Source of the DNA: Octopus bimaculoides
Taxonomy: Eukaryota
Length of the DNA stretch: 64,000 bases
Direction of reading: 5' to 3'
Assembly: GCF_001194135.2 (NCBI RefSeq)
Contig: NC_068983.1
Span: forward strand, 161,119,964-161,183,963
Shown: positions 54,695-64,000 of the stretch, piece after piece
Position numbering within the stretch: the first letter of the stretch is position 1
Layout: each line of letters opens with the position of its first letter
Notes under the pieces: model-generated
The model's database searches: none
The model's input: only the letters and a program-made list of their open reading frames with translations
Told to the model about the DNA's origin: nothing
Position numbers and translations under genes: made by a program

Positions 54695-55095
54695 CTTGGG
54701 GAAATTTTGAATCTGGGTTCTCATTCCTAACGATGTTACTATTATTATATTATTATTATTATTATTACTATTATTAATCAGGTCGCTGCCGTGAATCGAA
54801 CTCGGAATTTTGGGGTTAGTAGCCCGCGCTCTTAACCACTACGCCATATGGGCAATTATGGAGTGAATTTTAGGGCTTATAAATCTATTATTTTTCTATC
54901 CTTCCTCAGTACCTAAAATTCACTCCATAATTGCCCACGGGCATATGGCGTAGTAGTTAAGAGCGCGGGCTACTAACACCAAGATTCCGAGTTCGATTCA
55001 CGACAGCGACCTGATTAATAATAGTAATAATAATAATAATATAATAATAGTAGCCTGCGCTAGGAATGAGAACCCAGGTTCGAAATTTCCCCAAG

Positions 55096-55139
55096 ACATC
55101 TGACGAAGGCTGGAGGGTATATCAGCCGAAACATTGTGT
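55096..55139 (+). ncRNA. Minimal hammerhead motif, degenerate copy
   Basis: ACAU-CUGACGA-A-GGCUG..CAGCC-GAAAC-AUU-GUGU; G>A change (CpG-type) breaks stem III. Confidence 0.55.
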
Positions 55140-56015
55140 TAACAACAAACAAGATGAGGACAAATATCCGTCAAATGTAAATAATGTAAATAATTCCTCA
55201 TCTCTTAAATATAGAACTGTATTAGAAATTGTATTTAAAAAGCGTTAAAATATTTTGTGTCATGTAGAAATATAACCAATTTATTACACATACATCTCAG
55301 TAACAAAAACTTCATATGAACCTCGATGGAGAATCACTGAGCTTGACATTTTTCGGGGGCGGAAAGACACTCGCTCCTATTTTTCAAAGACAGACGTTAA
55401 TCAGCTTTCTCTCCGTTTTTCCCTGGGTAAATTGTTTGTGACATACTCGCTTTTTCCTTCTGCTAGCTCAGTTTTGAGTCATTTCATTTGACTCACACAA
55501 TTGCCAGCGACTAATTTCTGCTGCTGCTGCTACTGCTGCTGCTGTTGTTATTGTTGTTGTTTTGGTGGTGGTGGTGGTGGTGGTGGTGGTGTCGGCGGCG
55601 NNNNNNNNNNNNNNNNNNNNNNNNNNNNNNNNNNNNNNNNNNNNNNNNNNNNNNNNNNNNNNNNNNNNNNNNNNNNNNNNNNNNNNNNNNNNNNNNNNNN
55701 NNNNNNNNNNNNNNNNNNNNNNNNNNNNNNNNNNNNNNNNNNNNNNNNNNNNNNNNNNNNNNNNNNNNNNNNNNNNNNNNNNNNNNNNNNNNNNNNNNNN
55801 NNNNNNNNNNNNNNNNNNNNNNNNNNNNNNNNNNNNNNNNNNNNNNNNNNNNNNNNNNNNNNNNNNNNNNNNNNNNNNNNNNNNNNNNNNNNNNNNNNNN
55901 NNNNNNNNNNNNNNNNNNNNNNNNNNNNNNNNNNNNNNNNNNNNNNNNNNNNNNNNNNNNNNNNNNNNNNNNNNNNNNNNNNNNNNNNNNNNNNNNNNNN
56001 NNNNNNNNNNNNNNN

Positions 56016-56048
<33 letters not shown>

Positions 56049-56279
56049 TAAAATATATATATATAACATATAGTATATATATATAGATATATATAGATAT
56101 ATATATATATATATATAACATAGTATATATATATATATATAACATATAGTATATATATATATAACGTATAGTATATATATATATAATATATAGTATATAT
56201 ATAACATATAGTATATATACAAATATATATACATTTGTGTATATACGTGTTTATATGAATACATACCAATATAGTTTGG

Positions 56280-56311
<32 letters not shown>

Positions 56312-57264
56312 AATGTGTGTGTTTGAAACCCTCCAAAACAAGACAACTTTCAATTATATACTCATGATGCAGTTACATAGATTGTTCACAGACAATCGTT
56401 TCAACCTAAAAGAGTACTATTGGTAAAGAAATTAGTAAAAAATAAGTTTCAGGATAATAACAAATCACATTCTTATGGAATAATCTTGATACACTGGTAA
56501 GAACCACATTTATTAAAGAAGAAATGCTGACAGGAACTTCGAATTTAGCCCAACGGCTTAATCAGTTTGCTTTTAAAACCTGTTAGACGAAATTCGAAGT
56601 CGCAATATAAATCACAATGGTTTTCCGGTTTACAAGGCACTCTGTTTGCTATTCTACACTTTATCACAAAGTCCACCAAGGTCGAATTTGCCTTTCATTC
56701 TTTCAGGGTCAAGGAAATAAGTACCGGTCAAGCACTGGAGTCGATGTGATTAAGTAGCCCTCTCCCACAAAATCTCAGTCATTGTACCTTTCTAAAAAGG
56801 ATTAACTTCACATTTATCGTTACGAAATGCTATGACGTCATTTCGTAGTTTCCTCTCGAATTTCATTTTTCTTTATTTTACTTCTACGTGGATGAGAGTG
56901 ACCTCATGTTAAAGTAGCACCTATATTAGTCTTATTTCTTTAATTATATTTTTGTCATATCCTTTTGAGATTGAATAATAGAAATTCAAGTCTCAAAGCA
57001 AACTAGGTTTTTCTAAAAATGAAAATGAAAATATTTAATCATCTGCAAATTGATGGAGACTGAAAAAAAAAGCATTTAAAGTAAACCAAGCAACAGTTAG
57101 AACGATGAAAACAAACGAAGAAAAACCAGAGTGGTATAAATGCAAAAATAAACCCTTCAATAACTTCAAACAGAGATTCATAATAAATAACAATTTGGAG
57201 ACAATAGAAAAGCTCTATTGACTAGCAGATAAAATCAAAAAAGGATTGCCTATGTTTTTATATT

Positions 57265-57617
57265 TTATTATTTCAGTCGTTAGACTGCGGATATGCTGGG
57301 GGACCGCCTTGAAGAGTTTAGTCGAAGGAATCGACACCAGTTCTAATTTCTTTTTTTAAAGCCTGGTGCTTATTTTATTGGTCACTTTTTCAGCTAAGTT
57401 ACGGAAACGTATACAAACCAACACCGGTCATCAAACGGTATAGGGAGACAAACACAAGCACAAACACACACATATTTATTTATTTATATACAACGGGTTT
57501 CTTTCAGTTTCTGTCTATCAAATCCACTCAGAAGGCTTTGGTCCCACGCAGTGGGACTGAACCCGGAACCATGCGTTTGGGAAGCAAACTTCTTACAACT
57601 CAGTCATGCCTGCGCCT
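57265..57617 (-). mobile_element. Degenerate family-B SINE
   Basis: TTTCAGTTTCTGTCTATCAAATCCACTCA..GCAGTGGGACTGAACCCGGAACC. Confidence 0.7.
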
Positions 57618-57924
57618 CAGAGAAAACCTACTAAATCGACAATTCAACATGACAAAGCAAACATTTAGCTCATCGGGATTTTCGGATGGAAATTGCTGGC
57701 TTGAAAAGTATTTTTTAAATTGCATGGGAAAATTGAATAAACTTTTAAGAGAACTACTGAAAGATTTATGTTGCAATTGCTTAAAATAATTGAAGAAGAC
57801 TCCTATTCTTTAAAACAAATATTTATTGCTGATGTAAACGTGTCATCTGGAAGAAAATGTCAAAGAAAAGTAGTATATCCAGGAAAGTAAAACATCACAT
57901 TTAATTGTTAAGTCAACCTCGTTG

Positions 57925-58070
57925 GAGTTCTGAGTTCAAGTTCCGCCGAGGTTGACTTTGCCTTTCATCTTTCTAGGGTCGATAAATTAAGTACCAGTGA
58001 AACACTGGGGTCGATGTAATCGACTAGTCCTCTCCCCCAAAATTTCAGGCCTTGTGCCTTTAATAGAAAG
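57925..58070 (+). mobile_element. 5'-truncated family-A SINE
   Basis: GTTCTGAGTTCAAGTTCCGCCGAGG...CCTTGTGCC. Confidence 0.8.
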
Positions 58071-58161
58071 GATTATTATAATACTGTAAAGCATTAGATG
58101 ACTGATTCATAAAGCTCTAATTAATTATTAGGTCTATATGTAAATATAAACGGAAACACAG

Positions 58162-58200
<39 letters not shown>

Positions 58201-58339
58201 CGCATGTACCAGCACGCACAGACAGACACACGTACACAGACAGACATGCACACGCTTAAAATGACAATCGTATTTCTAATCTTAATTTCAATAGCGAATT
58301 GTAAAAATTTTTCTTTGCATAAGTTTTAGTAAAATTCGT

Positions 58340-58490
58340 TTCACATTCTAGCATAAGAGCAACAGTTTCAGGGGAGGGGTAAGTCGCTTACGTCGACCCC
58401 ATTGATCAACTGGTATTTATTTCATCGACCCAGTAAAGATGAAAGGCAAACTCACTTCGGCGGAATTTGAACTCAGAACGTAAAGACGGA
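58340..58490 (-). mobile_element. Partial family-A SINE
   Basis: CGGCGGAATTTGAACTCAGAACGTAAAGAC. Confidence 0.7.
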
Positions 58491-60295
58491 CATTAAAATG
58501 GACATCGTTTTACACTGTTTTGATTTGTGTGGATAATCTCTGGACAAGTCCCCGCGCAATGCAAAGGTCAATTGTATATTTCTGGTCATTTTATAAAATG
58601 ACAATAACATCTCAAGTATTCCAACACAGTAAAATTTCTTTCTTGTTTCAGGTTATTACAATCACCTGATCGAAATCATATACACATATATATATATATA
58701 TATATATANNNNNNNNNNNNNNNNNNNNNNNNNNNNNNNNNNNNNNNNNNNNNNNNNNNNNNNNNNNNNNNNNNNNNNNNNNNNNNNNNNNNNNNNNNNN
58801 NNNNNNNNNNNNNNNNNNNNNNNNNNNNNNNNNNNNNNNNNNNNNNNNNNNNNNNNNNNNNNNNNNNNNNNNNNNNNNNNNNNNNNNNNNNNNNNNNNNN
58901 NNNNNNNNNNNNNNNNNNNNNNNNNNNNNNNNNNNNNNNNNNNNNNNNNNNNNNNNNNNNNNNNNNNNNNNNNNNNNNNNNNNNNNNNNNNNNNNNNNNN
59001 NNNNNNNNNNNNNNNNNNNNNNNNNNNNNNNNNNNNNNNNNNNNNNNNNNNNNNNNNNNNNNNNNNNNNNNNNNNNNNNNNNNNNNNNNNNNNNNNNNNN
59101 NNNNNNNNNNNNNNNNNNNNNNNNNNNNNNNNNNNNNNNNNNNNNNNNNNNNNNNNNNNNNNNNNNNNNNNNNNNNNNNNNNNNNNNNNNNNNNNNNNNN
59201 NNNNNNNNNNNNNNNNNNNNNNNNNNNNNNNNNNNNNNNNNNNNNNNNNNNNNNNNNNNNNNNNNNNNNNNNNNNNNNNNNNNNNNNNNNNNNNNNNNNN
59301 NNNNNNNNNNNNNNNNNNNNNNNNNNNNNNNNNNNNNNNNNNNNNNNNNNNNNNNNNNNNNNNNNNNNNNNNNNNNNNNNNNNNNNNNNNNNNNNNNNNN
59401 NNNNNNNNNNNNNNNNNNNNNNNNNNNNNNNNNNNNNNNNNNNNNNNNNNNNNNNNNNNNNNNNNNNNNNNNNNNNNNNNNNNNNNNNNNNNNNNNNNNN
59501 NNNNNNNNNNNNNNNNNNNNNNNNNNNNNNNNNNNNNNNNNNNNNNNNNNNNNNNNNNNNNNNNNNNNNNNNNNNNNNNNNNNNNNNNNNNNNNNNNNNN
59601 NNNNNNNNNNNNNNNNCCCTCCTCGTTTCTTTCTCACTCACGCACCTATTGATATTTTTCAATATTTTTCTCCCCATAAACAAATTTTATGAAGTAATGA
59701 TGTCAAAGTAACACACGTGTAGTCTCAACCGAGCAAGGCCGTGTTATGTGTGTGTGTGTAAGAAAAAAAAACACATAAAAATATCTCTAGTATTCATATT
59801 AATCTATCAAATATAATGCTTATTTGTTCACATTATTTTGAATTATTCAGGTTTTGCTTGTACAACATTTGCTTGTAATTTTGTAAATTTTTTACATACA
59901 GATTTGAAATTTTGTCAGTGGGTGCTTTATATATCACTGGTTTATTGTTATGTAATTTTAGCTGATCTTGCTGAGTAACTTTTGTGGGCAGGTAAATTTA
60001 ATTAATAGGTGTAAAAACAATAACATTTTGGATAAACACTAAAATTCAAATTCTTAATGCATCTTAACTGTTTGGTTTGTTACTAAAATTATCCGAGATG
60101 GCAAAAAAGGGCCTAAAAAAGGCTGATTTCATAGTTTGGGCCCTTTATAGGTTTTTAAAGGCTTTTAGAGCTAGAAAAGGTTTTTAAAAAACTCAGATGA
60201 AGTACAATATTAGAATTAAACTAAAAAATGTTTATTGATAAAGTGGCTGTAAAAAAAAATAGAAATAAAAAATGAAAAACATATATACATAATTT

Positions 60296-60900
60296 AATTT
60301 TTCCTCTTCTTCTCCTCAATTTTGTTGATGAAATTCATGTTGCCCTTCATGAAAATTAACATACTAAACTTTTCATAAGACAAGGACGGTCTCTTGACAC
60401 GCAAGATGTCCTTGCCCATAGAAAATAAACATTCAACTGCCGCACTGGAAGGGATGGCTGTGTTGACCTTGATAAACTAATCCACCAACATTTGCTCACT
60501 CAAGAAAGCAGCATCTGTCAGAGCTTTGGTGTTGGTCACCAGCCAGATCTTTACAAAATTCTTGGCCCTATCCTTCAGTGACCTGTGACTTACGCTCACT
60601 TTTTGCTGGGTGACACCACTGAAGAAGTTATCCTTTACATCTTTTGTTGTTGCTGCCTCCAGTGTTGCTGCTCACTTCCTCAGACTGCGCCTCATGGCTT
60701 CCTCGACCTTATCCTCCATGCTTCTCCTCACCTTGGTGAACTTGGTGTTATCATATCTATTCAACCTGATGAGATGAAACCTGAGATGGAAGGCAGCAGC
60801 CAGTCGGCATTCCCCATCGTCCAGGAGGGTCGCAAATCTTTTGTCGATGCCTGCCAAAACTGTGTCGACCAAGGAGTTGCAGTAGACGGGGCCCTTGGAT
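60296..60900 (-). mobile_element. hAT transposase C-terminal remnant (dimerisation domain)
   Basis: 'CRLAAAFHLRF' followed by 'FIKVNTAIPSSAAVECLFSMGKDILRVKRPSLSYEKFSMLIFMKGN' (PSSAxVERxFS motif). Confidence 0.75.
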
Positions 60901-61675
60901 TTGGTTTCAAGGCCCGGGTGGATTTGGTTTCAAATCCAGGCAGGGCCAAACGAGGTTCGGGTAGATTTGGTTTCAAATCCAGGCAGGGCCAAACGAGGTG
61001 CTACAAGTTATTTATAATAAGTGGCGTTATATCGGGGTTGAAAGAATGATGCGTACAATATTAAATATGCTAAGACAATCTGAAAACAGCAGAAACTTTC
61101 GTAGCAGACGTTCTCTCGATATCGTTCACACGCGCCTGACTCGGGCTCAGAAGTTACAACCCGAGTTATCAATAATCGTAAAAATTAAAAGTAATTCAAA
61201 CTCAATATTTTCTTGAAACAATAAATTTTTTATCGTGATTCAGATTTAAATTCCAATCTATGAAAAGTTGTTCTACAATATTCTTAAAGGAACGAAAAAT
61301 TATCCAGCAACTCGGACTAATACGAACGAGCCTGGTAGGTGTAAAAGACTAACTGGTATCTCTTGTCAAGAGTACAGTCGACAGTCATATCGTCAATGTC
61401 TTTTGTGCACTCTGCGGTCGTTATTTGATTACTGTTATTCTGTGCGTCTGTGTGAGAAGATCAATTGCAGGATTGCTTTATTTTTACTCTTTACTATGGA
61501 GAAAGACATAGAGCTAGATATAAAAAAGATAAGCCATTTGAGGCTAGAAATATCGCGGAAAAACGTGAAATTCTTCGAGCAGCCATGTATCTTATGCGAA
61601 ATCTGTGATGACCCCGAGTGACGTTGTGTGTGTATGTATATATGTATGCATATATATACATAGTGTTATATATGT

Positions 61676-61712
<37 letters not shown>

Positions 61713-62607
61713 GCGTGTGTGTGCGAGTGCGTGTGTGTATGATGGAAATTATGTAATAATCAAAAACAAAAGGCAACCCGGGACACAAATTTTAACGGAT
61801 ATTGTAATAGTTTCACACTTAAATGAAAGAATAGAATGAGTCATAACGTTCTTTATGTCAGTCCTACATCAGAAGAAACGCATACGAGTAACAGAAAAGA
61901 CAGTTGAGAAGGAAAGACAAAAGAAAAATTAACCATGGGTGGGTACAGATCTATTTAGGAATGAAGGAGGGAGAAAAGCCGGGGTCGTGCACGTATAGGA
62001 GAGAGCCTTTCTTTTGAAATGGTTGTAAGAGAGTGAAGTAGCCTGCGTGGTTTTTCTAGGATGTGCGCATTTGTGTAGAGGTGTGCAAGCGAGAGACTAT
62101 AGTGGCGTGGATTTGTAGTGGTGAGAGTTACTGTTGTATGTGTGTATGTGTATGTGTGCGTGTGTAATCGTATTTTTCTACACGCTTTTCTTTTCTTGAA
62201 GTATGTATGTATCCTTTTGGCGGACACTGTATAAAAAGATATATATATATATGTGTATGTATGTATATATGGATATATATATATATNNNNNNNNNNNNNN
62301 NNNNNNNNNNNNNNNNNNNNNNNNNNNNNNNNNNNNNNNNNNNNNNNNNNNNNNNNNNNNNNNNNNNNNNNNNNNNNNNNNNNNNNNNNNNNNNNNNNNN
62401 NNNNNNNNNNNNGAAATAATATTGGTCTATGAGGGTTGTGAGAAAAAAATATATGTAAATTAGTGGAATGAAGTGGACGGCCCATATATGTAGAAAGTTT
62501 CTTTTCTTTTCTTTTTATCTAACACGTATGTATATGATACATGTATAATACAAAATCACATTTAAATTCAAATCGAAAACCGAAGAAAACGCAAACATGA
62601 GCGAATA

Positions 62608-62644
<37 letters not shown>

Positions 62645-64000
62645 CAATTTAATACCTCATTTCGTCGCATATCACAAGGTTCAACGGAACCTCCAGAAAG
62701 AAGTCAACATGCTAGCGGCATTACCACGGGGAATGGTGAGGCAAAGATGTTAGAACAGCCAAGCACCCCCACCGCATCACCAGGCTCGTCGGCAAGGCGT
62801 GCCGCTAACGATAGTAAGAACATTGCTGTCAGTGGCCCAGCCCCTCCAAACGTCTCAAACGCCACAGACTGGAAGAAGTGGTTCACTGACGAACCTCGAT
62901 ACATATGATTTTGTTCCGATCGACTACGAAATCAGTGGCCTTCCCATTTACCGCAGCATCCAAGATGTAGGAGGGAGCAAAGGAGTCACAGACTGTGCCA
63001 ACCCAGATGATGCACCTGTTTCATACCTAGGGACAAAGGGTAAGACCATTTGGTCACTTCCCATCACTACCGGGAAAATGAAGTATCCCTTCCAAAGGAG
63101 TATTCATTGCCAAAATCCGTTCTGGAAAACCCCAGCGCAAACCGAAATTAAAATGTGTCTGAATACATATATGCAAATTTATAAGTATGTACAGGGAAGT
63201 TCGTGAAACTGTGAACTGCACGTGTATAGCTTTGCAAACCAGTGACAGGACTTAAGTCGCTAATTATTTCTGTTTAGTTAATTCAGATTCATTTAACGCT
63301 CACTGCTAACATTATTTTGTTTCTCTTCTCTCTCCGGAAGTCCACTTCGCTGCAGACCAACTCCCTAACTAACCCCCAGCGAAGTTCCAGTCTACAGTTC
63401 GTCCGTCATGAATCCTGCCCTACACGTGCATATATTTTTGCTTGCATGCTTATATTTGACTGTTCATAGATATATATTATATTATATTATACCATATTTC
63501 ATATTATATTATATTACATGTATAATGGCACCCACATGTTAGATTTCCCCCAACTCTTTACATGCTTACCTGGAGAAGGTAACGGGAATCTCCCTATTTC
63601 CCTTTGAATATTCCACCCATAATTTGCAATGACTCAGTTTTATAAACTATACGGAGACTTACAACTTCGTAGGTGGTTCAGTTTTCTCAACCACCTGTGC
63701 CCTACTTGATACACTAATGTTTTCTCACAGTGTATGTGTTATATATATATATATATATATATATAATACAAAGAATATATATACATGTATACACACATAT
63801 ATGTACATACTTACATCTACATGTGTATATATATGCATATCAGGGTACAGGACGTTAGAACAATAAACTACAGACAACGGAACGAACACATAGGAAAACG
63901 GAAAGCCACTTGGAATATCCCTTCATCAGCTGTCTCTATTCTATCTAGACGTTTCGAAGACAAGACAGAACGTACTCTAGAATAGTCTCTTCCTGAGTAG

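Larger units (their letters stand above)
54614..55176. mobile_element. Palindromic element: two divergent tRNA-head + (TAA)n + hammerhead units
   Basis: Arms 54614-54874 and 54912-55176 are reverse complements around a 37-bp spacer. Confidence 0.85.

Noticed and set aside
54939-55012. tRNA-Ser(ACT)-like gene
   Set aside because: Anticodon-like loop CTACTAA and A/B boxes are present, but the acceptor stem does not pair and there is no long variable arm; treated as a SINE-type head.

Overview
AT-rich eukaryotic, repeat-saturated, apparently intergenic or intronic DNA, with 12 N-gaps totalling roughly 4.6 kb. The SINE families, (TA)n/(CA)n/(TAA)n density and TTAGGG motifs look like an octopus (coleoid cephalopod) draft scaffold; this is an inference from recognising the repeat style. 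I found no intact protein-coding gene, rRNA, true tRNA or CRISPR array. Most long ORFs in the track are microsatellite or N-gap artefacts. The window holds three tRNA-derived SINE families (about 30 copies, including dimers and a trimer) and decayed non-LTR retroelements (CR1-like, R4/Dong-like RLE, Penelope-like RT). It also holds a full-length but dead Buster/Charlie hAT transposon (43160-45503, 8-bp TSD), further hAT, mariner and Tigger fragments, and a TIR-bounded MITE carrying internal telomeric repeats. The most interesting structure is a ~560-bp palindrome at 54614-55176. Each arm has a Pol III tRNA-like head, a (TAA)n linker and a Penelope-type minimal hammerhead ribozyme motif, which suggests a non-autonomous, ribozyme-bearing retroelement.
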